A stretch of DNA of 64,000 nt from a virus (IMGVR_UViG_2895791493_000001:35726-99725), one strand, 5' to 3'. Positions 28,152 to 37,253 are shown, counted from the first letter of the stretch. The notes: generated from the sequence alone by a model not told the origin. Numbers and translations: made by a program.

Positions 28152-28245
28152 TGGGGGGAAGGGCAGGACTTGAACCTGCACGCCCTTGCGGGCAAGCGAG
28201 CGCCGTGAGGCTGCCAGCCAACTCTGCCAGTTCGTTCACCTTCCC
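28152..28245 (-). ncRNA. Class-II tRNA-like RNA with aberrant elongated anticodon arm
   Basis: Perfect GGGAAGG/CCTTCCC acceptor + C-CCA, D arm, GCCC-GCAA-GGGC variable arm, T arm GCAGG-TTCAAGT-CCTGC; no 7-nt anticodon loop. Confidence 0.75.
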
Positions 28246-28249
28246 AGGT

Positions 28250-28500
28250 GTCGGGGCGCTCGCCCCTACCGGATGCGCTACGCGGGCTCCGGTCAGCCTT
28301 GACAGCTACCCAGGCGCGACGCTGGGCAGTCAGAACACAGGGGACACGCGGGTCCTCTGGCAGTGGGGCCGAGGGGTGCGCCCTCGATGTGGCGCGATCC
28401 TTTCCTCGGCACGCAGCGTCCCAGCCGGTCGCCGCTGCGGGTCGTCTATCGCCGTGCGTCTTACGGGCACGGGTGCTGGCGCGAACCATTCCAGCGGGCG
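28250..28500 (-). ncRNA. Candidate structured RNA (~250 nt)
   Basis: At least 7 consecutive hairpins, no convincing ORF, abuts the tRNA-like gene. Confidence 0.5.
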
Positions 28501-28503
28501 GGG

Positions 28504-28812
28504 TCAGTTGAGGTTGGTGCGTTCGCTGGGCCGTCCCTGGGTGTTTGGGCGGCGCTGGTCGCGGGGTGGTGGGGCGGGGTCTGCGCCGTTCCTGTAGGGG
28601 GCGTACGCCTGGAGGACGGCGGGCAGGAGGGAGGCGGCTGGGAGCAGGGAGGTCATGCCGCGCCCGTGACAGGCGGGGCAACGGGTGGCGTGGACGGCGG
28701 TTCCGCAGCGGTCGGGGTGGCCGTTGCTGTGGATGGTGGTGCGCCAGCCGGTGCCGCTGCAGGGAGTGCAGGTCTGGTACTGACGTCCGACTCGGCAGTT
28801 CAGTTTGTCCAT
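28504..28812 (-). CDS. Small protein with DnaJ-type CxxCxGxG zinc finger
   Basis: CTPCSGTG and CPACHGRG; SD AGGAGG. Confidence 0.7.
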   Translation of the reverse strand: MDKLNCRVGRQYQTCTPCSGTGWRTTIHSNGHPDRCGTAVHATRCPACHGRGMTSLLPAASLLPAVLQAYAPYRNGADPAPPPRDQRRPNTQGRPSERTNLN

Positions 28813-28828
28813 CGGGCGCCTCCTGTCG

Positions 28829-29212
28829 TCAGGCGTGGTCTTTGATCCAGGGGTGATCCCGGCGGTACTGGTACTGCGCTTTGAGGGCGCGGGCGTACTC
28901 GTCGGGGAGCCGGTTGAGGTGTGCCTGGCCCTGCTGGAGGCGGGTGAGGGTCCAGGTTTTGAGGTGGGTGGTCCAGGCTTGTGGGCTGTAGAGGGTGGTG
29001 ACGGTGGCCCAGGGGTCGCGGTGGTCGTTGCGGTGTCGGTGGGCGTGTTCGGCCTGCAGGTACTCGCGGTGTTCCTGGGGGAGGTGGTGGGCGTCTGCCT
29101 GGGCGGCGTTGAGGTTGGCGTCCGTCCAGGTCCGAATCTGGTTGTAGAACGCGTCGGGGGTGAGGTGGCGCGCCTGTTCATGCCAGGGGCGCTTTGGGTT
29201 CCTTCGGGGCAT
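28829..29212 (-). CDS. Hypothetical protein
   Basis: SD AGGAG before MPRRNPK; good codon usage. Confidence 0.6.
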   Translation of the reverse strand: MPRRNPKRPWHEQARHLTPDAFYNQIRTWTDANLNAAQADAHHLPQEHREYLQAEHAHRHRNDHRDPWATVTTLYSPQAWTTHLKTWTLTRLQQGQAHLNRLPDEYARALKAQYQYRRDHPWIKDHA

Positions 29213-29229
29213 GGGCGCTCCTGGCATGG

Positions 29230-29330
29230 AAAAGCCCCCGCGTTTGGGTGCGGGGGCTTGGGTGTGTCCGGGTTGTGGTAGACGACGCCTACGGTACGAA
29301 GAGTGTGGGGGAATTTTTCCGTTTTGTCAA
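29230..29330 (-). promoter_or_regulatory. Candidate late promoter (TTGACA-17-CACACT) followed by intrinsic terminator
   Basis: -35 at 29325-29330, -10 at 29302-29307; GCCCCCGC/GCGGGGGC-TTTT at 29230-29259. Confidence 0.55.
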
Positions 29331-29347
29331 GCCGGTTTGTCGGCGGG

Positions 29348-30520
29348 TCAGGTGGCGGGGGTGAGGGTGACGCGCAGGGCTTCGAGCGCGGCGATGAGGT
29401 TCGGGTAGCGGCTTTCGAGGGCGGGGGGGAGGCGGAGGCCGTCACGGTCGGTGACGGGCGTCCAGATGAGGTGCTCGTGCCGGGGGCGGGGGCCGGGGCC
29501 TTCGCCCCCGAGGCGGGCGTGGGTGTCGAGGATCCAGCGGGCGAGGGAGTGCCAGCCGCGTCCGACGGTGATGCCGCTCTGCCGTTCTAGGTGGGCGGCG
29601 TCGTGCGGTTCGACGAGGAGCGCGAGGCCGTCGTCACTCCAGCGGAGGTCGAGGTGGAAGTGGAAGGGGACGGTCTGGGCGAGGTCGGGGTCGTTGTGGT
29701 CGGGGAGGTGCGCGGTCCAGGTGGTGCCGTCCTGCCAGGGTGCGGATCGGCGGCTATCGCGGTGGGCGCGGCGGATGCGGGCGTGCACGGCCTGGTACTG
29801 CGTTTCGGCGTCGCAGGCGAGTTGCGCGTGGTGCCGGGCGAGCGTGTCGGGGCCGCTGAGAAGGTAGCGGGCGGCGAGGAGCGCGTGGCTGTGCCGGTCG
29901 CGGTTGGTGTCGAGGAGGAGGGCGGTGTCCTCGTCGGCGGTGGTGCCGAGGTGGCTATCGCCGGTGCGGCGGGGGCGGCCGAGGAACGCGGCGGCAATGG
30001 CGTTGTGTTCCTGTCTTTGCTCGTGGAGGATCTGCACCGGGTCGATGGTCAGGGTGGGGTGGATGGCGTGGGCGCTGCCGGGCGCGGGCCTGGGGGCGGT
30101 GCGGAGCTGGGCGGCACGCAGGGGGCGCTGGAGGGCTTCCTGCCGGGCGGTGTCGAGCAGGAGGGTGGCGAGGTACTCGTGGTGGTGGCGGGCGGCGCTG
30201 CTGCTGCGGATCATGCGCCGGGCGTGCTGCTGGGCCTGCTGCCGGGTGACTTCCAGTTCGGCGCGGGCGGCCTGGTACCGGGCGTCGTAGGCCTTGCGGT
30301 CGTCGTCCTCTTCGGGGAGGCCGGCGAGGTCGTGCAGGGTCTCGTGGAGGTCCTGGGCCTGGGCGGCCTGCTGGTGGAGTTCGTGCGCGTACTGCAGGAG
30401 GCTGCGGTACCCGGTGCGGATGCGTTGCTCGCCGATGATCAGGGCGGCCGCTTCCGGGTGGATGGGCGCGGCGGCCGGGGCCTGGGCTGGGGCTGGCGTG
30501 GGGGGCGCGGCGGCGGTCAT
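29348..30520 (-). CDS. Hypothetical helical protein (~390 aa), Q-like position
   Basis: ATGA coupling; last gene before the late promoter. Confidence 0.6.
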   Translation of the reverse strand: MTAAAPPTPAPAQAPAAAPIHPEAAALIIGEQRIRTGYRSLLQYAHELHQQAAQAQDLHETLHDLAGLPEEDDDRKAYDARYQAARAELEVTRQQAQQHARRMIRSSSAARHHHEYLATLLLDTARQEALQRPLRAAQLRTAPRPAPGSAHAIHPTLTIDPVQILHEQRQEHNAIAAAFLGRPRRTGDSHLGTTADEDTALLLDTNRDRHSHALLAARYLLSGPDTLARHHAQLACDAETQYQAVHARIRRAHRDSRRSAPWQDGTTWTAHLPDHNDPDLAQTVPFHFHLDLRWSDDGLALLVEPHDAAHLERQSGITVGRGWHSLARWILDTHARLGGEGPGPRPRHEHLIWTPVTDRDGLRLPPALESRYPNLIAALEALRVTLTPAT

Positions 30521-31218
30521 GGGGTGACCTGCGTGTGGTGCGGGGCGGGCAGCTGGATGGTGGTGGGCGTCCAGGTAGCCGTATCGAGCGCGGTGAGCTC
30601 TCCGGAGAACACGGCGCCGGTGTCGATGAACCACGCGACGGTCCCGTCGTTGAGTTGGAGGGGCACGGGGCCGTACCGCATGACGGTGTGCCCATGGACG
30701 CTGTGCGTCACGCCGGGGGGAAGGGGATGGAAGGGCGTCTCACCGTCCGGGCGACCCCAGAGGTGGTCGTCGCTGTCCGAGTCGGTGGGGTGGGGTCGCA
30801 TGGCGTGGGCGTACAGGGTGCTCCCGATGGTGGTGTGCGGGAGGAGGTGCTCGTCCATCCACTGCGCGTCGGCAAGCAGGGCGGCGTGATCGCCGTCGTA
30901 GCTGTCCGTGGTGGTGTCGCCGCCGTTCATTTCCCAGATGGCGTGGCCGTGCCCGTGGAGGGTGGCGTTGATGAGCATCTGGTCGTGGTTGCCGCGCAGG
31001 GCCGTGGCGCGGCCGGATTCGACCAGTTCCCGGACGCGGGCGATCACCTGGGCGCTGTCCGGGCCACGGTCGACGTAATCGCCGAGCAGGACGATGTGCC
31101 GGCCCGTGAAGGCGGCGAGCGCAGCGTCGAGGAGGTCCAGGCGGCCGTGAATGTCGCCGATGGCGACGGGGGGGAGCGTGGCGGGGTCGGGGTGAAGGTG
31201 GGGGGCAGGGTCAGCCAC
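30517..31218 (-). CDS. Metallophosphoesterase (lambda NinI/PPP-like)
   Basis: GDIHG, GDYVDRG, RGNHD, HGHT, IDTG motifs. Confidence 0.92.
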   Translation of the reverse strand: MADPAPHLHPDPATLPPVAIGDIHGRLDLLDAALAAFTGRHIVLLGDYVDRGPDSAQVIARVRELVESGRATALRGNHDQMLINATLHGHGHAIWEMNGGDTTTDSYDGDHAALLADAQWMDEHLLPHTTIGSTLYAHAMRPHPTDSDSDDHLWGRPDGETPFHPLPPGVTHSVHGHTVMRYGPVPLQLNDGTVAWFIDTGAVFSGELTALDTATWTPTTIQLPAPHHTQVTP

Positions 31219-31654
31219 GGGTGGTCTCCTTATAGTGCTTCAGGGCGCGCATGGCGGTCTCGTGACTGACGTCGAGGATGAGCATGGCGTCCCTGGGCGT
31301 GTGGACGTGCCCGGTGAGGGCGGTCAGGACCTCGTAGGCTTCCGGGCCGGGCAGGGACCGGAGGGCCTGGGCGGTGGCGAGGGCGACGCCGGCGGGGAGT
31401 TCGCCGGGCAGGGCGGCGCGCAGGCGGGTGCCGGTCGCGGCGCGCAGGTCGCTGCTCATGACGCTGGCCGCGATGGGGGCGGGGAGAGCGTCCAGGCCGG
31501 GCCAGGTCGCGCCGGGCAGCAGGGTGAGGTGATGCCGTCCTTCCACCACGACGAGGCCGGTCAGGACGTGGAAGGGCGTGTCGACCGTGACGGGCAGGGT
31601 GCCGTCGATAGGCGGGAGTTCAGGCAGCCAGACGTTACTGCGGGGGATCATCAT
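31211..31654 (-). CDS. Hypothetical protein
   Basis: Coupled overlap; resembles 37281-37688 (PGxTWPG, AGVALxTAQAL). Confidence 0.55.
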   Translation of the reverse strand: MMIPRSNVWLPELPPIDGTLPVTVDTPFHVLTGLVVVEGRHHLTLLPGATWPGLDALPAPIAASVMSSDLRAATGTRLRAALPGELPAGVALATAQALRSLPGPEAYEVLTALTGHVHTPRDAMLILDVSHETAMRALKHYKETTRG

Positions 31655-32076
31655 GGGTGGGGGCGTCCTTCGAGGTGAGCGGTGATGGGACTGAGAGCCG
31701 CGACGGACAGGAGATGCTGGCCGGGGCGGATGCACAGGAGCTGGCCTTTCCAGGCGACGGGCGTGCCGGGCCGCAGGCCGGGCAGGAGGGCCTTCGCGGC
31801 GTACGTCTCGCCGGACAGGGTGAGTTCATACCGCTGGAGGGTGGTGGGGGAATCCAGGTGGGGGCGCGGCGCGTGCCGGCGAACGATTCGCTGCCCCTCG
31901 AGCGCAGCGAGGGTACCGCAGGTCTGCGCGAGCGTCAGGTGGTACGTGCTGGCGATCAGGGGCGGGTACGTCACGCCGGTCGCCAGGGCGTGCAGGACCC
32001 GCAGTTCCGGCGGGACGCGGCGCAGGGCGCGGCGGGCACGCCAGCGGGCGAGCAGGGCGGTCAGGGGTGCAGGCAT
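31651..32076 (-). CDS. Winged-helix-like protein
   Basis: LAALEGQRIVRR...RYELTLSGE pattern. Confidence 0.55.
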   Translation of the reverse strand: MPAPLTALLARWRARRALRRVPPELRVLHALATGVTYPPLIASTYHLTLAQTCGTLAALEGQRIVRRHAPRPHLDSPTTLQRYELTLSGETYAAKALLPGLRPGTPVAWKGQLLCIRPGQHLLSVAALSPITAHLEGRPHP

Positions 32077-32155
32077 GGTCATCTCCGGCGGGTGGCGGGA
32101 CTGCGGGGTGGGCGGCGGTTCAGGCGGGCCGTGTGGGCGCGCAGGTGGCGGCGGG

Positions 32156-32503
32156 TCACGCGGACTCCGGCACGGCCGGGCGTCGGCGGGTCTTGCCATG
32201 CCAGCGGAGGGCCTCGTCGAGCGCGCGGATCAGGGCGCCGGGCGCGTCGGTGTCCGTGACGCGGCGGACGTACCCGCGCCCCAGGGCCGCCCAGGTGGGG
32301 TGCCAGACCGTCGCGTAGTACAGGGGCGCACCGTCCCGGATGCGGCGCGCGAGTTTGTACTCGAAGCCGGCCGTTTCGAGGATGGCCAGCAGTTCCAGAA
32401 GGGGCGGCGGTTCGTCGATCAGGAGGTTCGCGGCGGGAGCCTGCGCGGCCGGGTCGGCGCTGATCGCCCGCGCGACCACGTGACAGGACACGTAGCGGCT
32501 CAT
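32156..32503 (-). CDS. Hypothetical protein
   Basis: ATGA coupling. Confidence 0.5.
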   Translation of the reverse strand: MSRYVSCHVVARAISADPAAQAPAANLLIDEPPPLLELLAILETAGFEYKLARRIRDGAPLYYATVWHPTWAALGRGYVRRVTDTDAPGALIRALDEALRWHGKTRRRPAVPESA

Positions 32504-32724
32504 GGACGCTTCCAGGCCCAGCCGGGCACCGCGAACGCCCAGGCGGGCGGGGCGGCAACCGGATCCGGATGGGCGGGAGTGAGCGTGCCGTCCTGGTACG
32601 TGCTGGTCGCGCGACACTCCGGGCAGCGGGCGACCTCGCCGTCCTTCGTGCGGCGGCTGACGCTCAGCAGGACGCCGCACGACGGGCAGGGAATCTCCTG
32701 CGGGGGGAGGACGGCGGTTGTCAT
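32500..32724 (-). CDS. Zinc-ribbon protein
   Basis: CPSCG...RCPEC. Confidence 0.65.
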   Translation of the reverse strand: MTTAVLPPQEIPCPSCGVLLSVSRRTKDGEVARCPECRATSTYQDGTLTPAHPDPVAAPPAWAFAVPGWAWKRP

Positions 32725-33056
32725 GGCGTGGCCTCTTCCAGGTCCGGGCGGCGGGTCCAGTCGAACCGTTCCAGGTACTCGAGGAGTTTGTCGCTGGCCT
32801 TGACGCTCTCGCGGAAGGTGCTGGTGCGGGCGTCGAGGTCGAAGGTCTCGGGCGTCCACGTCCAGGTGCTGACGCTCAGGCCGCCGGCGTGCTGCACCTG
32901 GCGCTGCATCGTGACCCTGCACGGCTCCGGGTCGTTCGGATCGACGACCTGCGTGTGGGTGTACACGCGCTGCTCGCGGTGCACCTGCCCGGGCCGCGCG
33001 CCGCGCGAGCGGACTTCCAGGTGCAGGGTGGCGTTGACTTCGATGGTGTTCGTCAC
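32721..33056 (-). CDS. Hypothetical protein
   Basis: Coupled overlaps, SD. Confidence 0.55.
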   Translation of the reverse strand: MTNTIEVNATLHLEVRSRGARPGQVHREQRVYTHTQVVDPNDPEPCRVTMQRQVQHAGGLSVSTWTWTPETFDLDARTSTFRESVKASDKLLEYLERFDWTRRPDLEEATP

Positions 33057-33325
33057 GGGGTGGCTCCCTTGCGGCGTTCGCGGGCGTCGCGCTTCGCGCG
33101 GCGGTAGAGGTTCGTGGCGTGGCGCATGCCGGTCACGGTGGCGTCCGTGACGCGGTTCTCGATCAGGTGCAGGACGCGCGTGCCCAGCTGGATGCGGGGG
33201 CGGCCGTGGCGGGTGCTGCGGTCGCCGCGCTGGATGACGAGGTTGATGGCGCGGATGGCGCTGTCGTCGTCGCGTTCCATCCAGCGGGTCCGGGCGGCGC
33301 GGATGGCGGCGTCAGTGATGACCAC
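33053..33325 (-). CDS. Hypothetical protein
   Basis: Coupled overlap, SD. Confidence 0.55.
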   Translation of the reverse strand: MVITDAAIRAARTRWMERDDDSAIRAINLVIQRGDRSTRHGRPRIQLGTRVLHLIENRVTDATVTGMRHATNLYRRAKRDARERRKGATP

Positions 33326-33328
33326 CGC

Positions 33329-33607
33329 TCACTCCCTGATCGGCGTGCGGCTGCGCGTGCCGGGTCCGTGGATGGTGGTGGCCATGTCGTGCGGGGTGAG
33401 GGTCCGGTCGTGCGTCCAGAGGTGCCGGCGTTCCCCGTGCGGGTTCAGGCGGATGGTCAGGGGGATCAGGGCGGGGTTCAGGATCCGGGCGGGGGTGACG
33501 TGCACCTGCTGGAGTTGCCGGGCGCGGTCGAGTGCGGCGGGGGTGGGGCCGTACGTGTCGAGTTCCGCGAGCGCCTCGGCCAGCTCGCCGGTGGCCGCGC
33601 GGGTCAC
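33329..33607 (-). CDS. Hypothetical protein
   Basis: GTGA coupling. Confidence 0.5.
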   Translation of the reverse strand: MTRAATGELAEALAELDTYGPTPAALDRARQLQQVHVTPARILNPALIPLTIRLNPHGERRHLWTHDRTLTPHDMATTIHGPGTRSRTPIRE

Positions 33608-33819
33608 GCGGGCTCCCGGAGGCCGAGTTCCGGCAGGTAGTGGGGTTCCAGGTCGCTGATCGGCACGTACCCGAGGCGGCTGCGGTAGTCCTGCGCGGCG
33701 CGGCGTTGCGCGGACGCCCAGGGCAGCCCGGCGGCGTGGTGCTGACGGATGCGTTTCAGGCGGTGGCGGCGCGCTTCCTGCCGGGTCTTGCGGAGGATGG
33801 GGGCGTACGGGTCTTTCAT
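33604..33819 (-). CDS. Hypothetical basic protein
   Basis: ATGA coupling. Confidence 0.5.
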   Translation of the reverse strand: MKDPYAPILRKTRQEARRHRLKRIRQHHAAGLPWASAQRRAAQDYRSRLGYVPISDLEPHYLPELGLREPA

Positions 33820-34115
33820 TCGACCACCTCGCGGAGTTCGCGCATGTTCCTCGCCTTGAAGCGCACGCAGAGCGAGTCGATGTGGCTCTTCACGGTGTTC
33901 GGGCTCAGGCCGGTGTTCTTCGCGATCTGCTCGCGGTTCTGCCCGGCCCGGACGAGGCCCAGGATCTGCGCCTTGCGGGGTGACAGGCCGTCCGGCGCGG
34001 CGCGGCGGGCCAGCAGGACGTGATGCGCCGCCTGCGCCCAGTCCGGCAGGTCACCCAGGCCGGGGCTGCCCTCCTGCACCCACTGCTCGTGCAGGACCTC
34101 CGCGCGCCGGTTCAC
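33816..34115 (-). CDS. LuxR/GerE-type HTH protein
   Basis: LSPRKAQILGLVRAGQNREQIAKNTGLSPNTVKSHI. Confidence 0.85.
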   Translation of the reverse strand: MNRRAEVLHEQWVQEGSPGLGDLPDWAQAAHHVLLARRAAPDGLSPRKAQILGLVRAGQNREQIAKNTGLSPNTVKSHIDSLCVRFKARNMRELREVVE

Positions 34116-34321
34116 GCGGACTCCCAGTGGCGAGGCTGGAACGGGTGGCTGCGCGGGGTTTTCCAGTCGGGCGCGCGGAAGCGGAAGTCGCTGAAAACCA
34201 CGCCAGGGGTGATGGCCTTGCCCTGGTCGTAGCGGTCGGCTTCCGGGGGCGAAACGGTGATTTCCCGGCTGGCCTGCCCGGCGATCAGGGCGACCGTGAG
34301 GTGTAGGTGGTTGGGTGTCAT
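34112..34321 (-). CDS. Hypothetical protein
   Basis: ATGA coupling, SD GGAGG. Confidence 0.5.
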   Translation of the reverse strand: MTPNHLHLTVALIAGQASREITVSPPEADRYDQGKAITPGVVFSDFRFRAPDWKTPRSHPFQPRHWESA

Positions 34322-34635
34322 GCGGCGCGGTCCTCCTGTCGGGCGTGCCTGCGGGCGCGTTTGCGCTCCCAGCGGGCGTGGGGGTGGTGGGCGGTGATGA
34401 TCAGGTGGGTGTGCGGGCACCAGATCAGGCGGAGCGTGACGCCGCGCCACGGGACGTGCAGGAACAGGCGCGTTCCGTTCGCGGGGTACGTGAGCAGGCG
34501 GTCCTGGGCGAGGTCCGCGCGGATCCGGGCGCAGAGGTCCCGGTACGCGGCGCGGGTGAGACGCAGGCCGTAGCGTTCGCGCACCTTTTCAGCGGTGTGG
34601 CGGTAGCGGTGGGCGGGGTGGGGGGCTTTCTTCAC
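34318..34635 (-). CDS. Hypothetical basic protein
   Basis: GTGA coupling; HTAEKVRERYG...LIITA pattern. Confidence 0.5.
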   Translation of the reverse strand: MKKAPHPAHRYRHTAEKVRERYGLRLTRAAYRDLCARIRADLAQDRLLTYPANGTRLFLHVPWRGVTLRLIWCPHTHLIITAHHPHARWERKRARRHARQEDRAA

Positions 34636-35057
34636 GCGCGTTCCTCCTGCTCGGCGGCCAGCAGCTCGGCCAGGGTGTACGCGACGACCACGCGGAACCC
34701 GGCGGCCCGCAGGCGGGCGTGGCAGGCGAGCTGGTCGTCGCTGGGTTTGTTGCCAGGCTGTTTGAGTTCCGCGAACCACAGGCGCCGCCGGCCGTCCGGG
34801 AGGTACAGCACCAGATCCGGCCAGCCGACTGTCATGTAGACGCTCCCACCCCTGCGGCTGCCCTTGTAGGACTCCTGGACGTGCCAGCCGAGTGCGGTGA
34901 GTTCCCGCACGGCGGCCACCTGGAACGCCGCTTCGTCCGGGTAACCGTTGTCACGCGGCGGCGCCGGCGCGGGCGGCGGGGAGGGCTGGGCCTCCTCCGG
35001 GAACAGGTGTGGGTGCTTCCGGCGGTACTCGCGCAGGAAGGTCTCGTCGAACGGCAC
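34632..35057 (-). CDS. VRR-NUC family nuclease (resolvase-like)
   Basis: E...GWPDL...FAELK...Q PD-(D/E)xK motif. Confidence 0.88.
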   Translation of the reverse strand: MPFDETFLREYRRKHPHLFPEEAQPSPPPAPAPPRDNGYPDEAAFQVAAVRELTALGWHVQESYKGSRRGGSVYMTVGWPDLVLYLPDGRRRLWFAELKQPGNKPSDDQLACHARLRAAGFRVVVAYTLAELLAAEQEERA

Positions 35058-35058
35058 G

Positions 35059-35637
35059 TCAGGTCAGCCCGAGGCGGGCGCGGGCCAGGGGTTGCCGGGC
35101 GGCGCCCAGGTCGGTCAGGGCCCACTGCCGGCCAGGGACGCTGACGACCAGGTTGCGCAGTTCGAGCGTGACGAGCAGCTGATGCACGCGGGAGTGATGC
35201 ACGCAGGAGCAGTGCCGGGGGCCGTGCCGGTCGCCGAAGGCCTGCACGAGGCTCAGAAGGCCCACCGGCAGGCCGGGGGTGAGCAGCAGGAGCGTCTGCG
35301 CCTGGCGGATGGTCAGGTCGGACGCGCCGGCGGTCAGGACCTGCCCCCCGGTCGGCGTGAGGGTCCAGGTGGCCCGTCCGTCCTGCGGGCCGCTCCGGTC
35401 CGCGTACCCGTGACGCCGGAGGCGGTACGTGGCCGCGTGGAACTGCTGAGGGGTGACGTCCGGCAGGCGGGCGAGGAGGGCCGTGCCGGTCAGGGGGCCG
35501 TCGGCGAGGAGGGCCAGGGCGCGCCAGGCGGCGCTGCCGTGGCCGGGGATCCAGGCGGTCAGTGGGTGCCACGGCACGCTGGGCGGGCGGTTGCAGGACT
35601 GCCGCCGGAACGGCGCGACCGTTGCCGTCGCGGTCAC
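35059..35637 (-). CDS. Double winged-helix-like protein
   Basis: WTLTPTG and WALTDLG wing motifs. Confidence 0.55.
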   Translation of the reverse strand: MTATATVAPFRRQSCNRPPSVPWHPLTAWIPGHGSAAWRALALLADGPLTGTALLARLPDVTPQQFHAATYRLRRHGYADRSGPQDGRATWTLTPTGGQVLTAGASDLTIRQAQTLLLLTPGLPVGLLSLVQAFGDRHGPRHCSCVHHSRVHQLLVTLELRNLVVSVPGRQWALTDLGAARQPLARARLGLT

Positions 35638-35918
35638 GTGGGGGCCTCCAGGGTGCCGCGCTGCCGGTGCCAGAGGAGACGCTGTTCCCCCAGGCCGGTC
35701 AGGTGGTAGCGGGGGCTGCCGGGGCTGGGCAGGACCTGAATCCAGTGCTCGCGCAGGTAGCGGGCCAGGGCGTGCCGGACGGTCTCGTCGCGGTCCAGGG
35801 CAGGCAGCGGGGCGGGCGTGAGGGTGCGGGCGCGCGCCAGGGCGCCGGTGATCCCGCACGGGCTTTCCAGCGCGGCCAGCAGCACCGCTTCGAGCAGCGG
35901 CGGGGCGTCCGGCGTCAA
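35634..35918 (-). CDS. Winged-helix-like small protein
   Basis: RYHLTGLGE; TTGA coupling. Confidence 0.45.
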   Translation of the reverse strand: MTPDAPPLLEAVLLAALESPCGITGALARARTLTPAPLPALDRDETVRHALARYLREHWIQVLPSPGSPRYHLTGLGEQRLLWHRQRGTLEAPT

Positions 35919-36187
35919 GCGGGCACTCCGTCCGGCCAGAGGGGCAGCGTCGGTCCGGGGTCGGGCTGGGTGTGCAGGACCGCCTCGATCAGTCGCCTGT
36001 GGGGCGCGTCGGCCAGCCGCCGGATCTCGCTGGTGCTGCCGATCAGCTCCATGCACAGCGGCAGGCGCAGGTGAGGCAGGAGGCGCAGGGCAGCGGGGGC
36101 GGCGCGGGCCGGGACGGGCTGCGCCCAGGGGATGCCCCGCAGGGCGCGGCGCACGGCAGGCCAGGGGAGGGGGGCGGGGCCGGTCAC
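35915..36187 (-). CDS. Hypothetical protein
   Basis: GTGA coupling. Confidence 0.45.
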   Translation of the reverse strand: MTGPAPLPWPAVRRALRGIPWAQPVPARAAPAALRLLPHLRLPLCMELIGSTSEIRRLADAPHRRLIEAVLHTQPDPGPTLPLWPDGVPA

Positions 36188-36468
36188 TGCAGGTCGTCCT
36201 TCTCGTCCTGGTGAACGATCATGCGCGCGGCCCGGTTCGCGTTCTGCACGTGCTCGGGTTTCAGGGCGTCGAAGCCGTGGCGTTGCAGTCCGGCGCGGAC
36301 GATCTCCAGCGTGGCGTACTCGACGGGGGAGAGGCGCCGGTCGGTGTGGGCGCGGCGGGCGGGTCGGTCGGTTCGCGGGCTGGTGGCCACGTAGGCGCCC
36401 AGAAGGGCCAGCAGGATGACGGCGAAGATGGCGTAGCGGATGAGGTCGTGCGTCTGGTCTGGGGTCAC
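36184..36468 (-). CDS. Small membrane-anchored protein
   Basis: N-terminal TM segment. Confidence 0.55.
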   Translation of the reverse strand: MTPDQTHDLIRYAIFAVILLALLGAYVATSPRTDRPARRAHTDRRLSPVEYATLEIVRAGLQRHGFDALKPEHVQNANRAARMIVHQDEKDDLQ

Positions 36469-36734
36469 TGGGGGCCTCCGAAGGCGGCGAGCAGCTGCTG
36501 GTCCTGGGCGGTGCGGGTGGTGCCGGGGCGGCGCAGGTGATCGAGGTGGGCACTGAGCGCGCGGTGCTGGTCGGGCGTGCAGTCGAGGACGCTGACGCGC
36601 AGGCCTTCCGGGGTGACGTGGACGGGTAGTTCGCGGCCAGCGCGGCGCCGCAGTTCCCCGGTCATGGCGTCCCGTTCGCTGCTGGTGAGGTCATGCGGGT
36701 CGGTCACGGGAATCTGGAGCTGGATCAGGGTCAT
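36465..36734 (-). CDS. Hypothetical protein
   Basis: ATGA coupling. Confidence 0.55.
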   Translation of the reverse strand: MTLIQLQIPVTDPHDLTSSERDAMTGELRRRAGRELPVHVTPEGLRVSVLDCTPDQHRALSAHLDHLRRPGTTRTAQDQQLLAAFGGPQ

Positions 36735-37171
36735 AGGTCCTCACTGCCGAAACTGGCTTTCAGCACGTCGTTCAGGGCGATGGGCGCAGGCGTGGTGGGC
36801 GGGCGGGGCGTGAGGCGCCGCGCGAGGTTCGGGGCGAACGCGACGGGCCGGACGTTCGGGTCGGCGGTCCGGGCGTACCGCAGGTGCTCCTGAAGGTGGA
36901 AGGCGCGCTCGCCGGCCTGCCGGGCGCGGTCGGTGGGGTAGCGGGCGTGCGCGGGGTTGTGGAGGCCCGTGATGAAGTACGCCAGGGCGTCCAGGGCGCT
37001 CCGGAAGGCGTTGCGGCCCTCGGGGGTCATGTCGGCCCGGTCGACGTGTTCCGCGACCGCCCAGGTCTGCCCCATGTGCAGGCGGCCGCTGAGTTCAGCG
37101 GCGCGTTCCAGGGCCAGGAGGTCCGACTCGGTGAGCAGCAGCTGGTAGAGGGGTTCGGGGTGGTCAGGCAA
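36731..37171 (-). CDS. Hypothetical protein
   Basis: TTG start with SD GGAGG. Confidence 0.6.
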   Translation of the reverse strand: MPDHPEPLYQLLLTESDLLALERAAELSGRLHMGQTWAVAEHVDRADMTPEGRNAFRSALDALAYFITGLHNPAHARYPTDRARQAGERAFHLQEHLRYARTADPNVRPVAFAPNLARRLTPRPPTTPAPIALNDVLKASFGSEDL

Positions 37172-37253
37172 GGGGGTCCTCCGGGGGGAATGGGGGCGCG
37201 GGCCGCCTCCTGGGATGGGGGCGGCCCGGTCGCGGGGCGGTGGGTTGTGGGGT

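Noticed and set aside
28152-28245. tRNA-Sec or opal suppressor call
   Set aside because: 7-bp acceptor, C discriminator and no 7-nt loop; TCA sits in a 4-nt loop.
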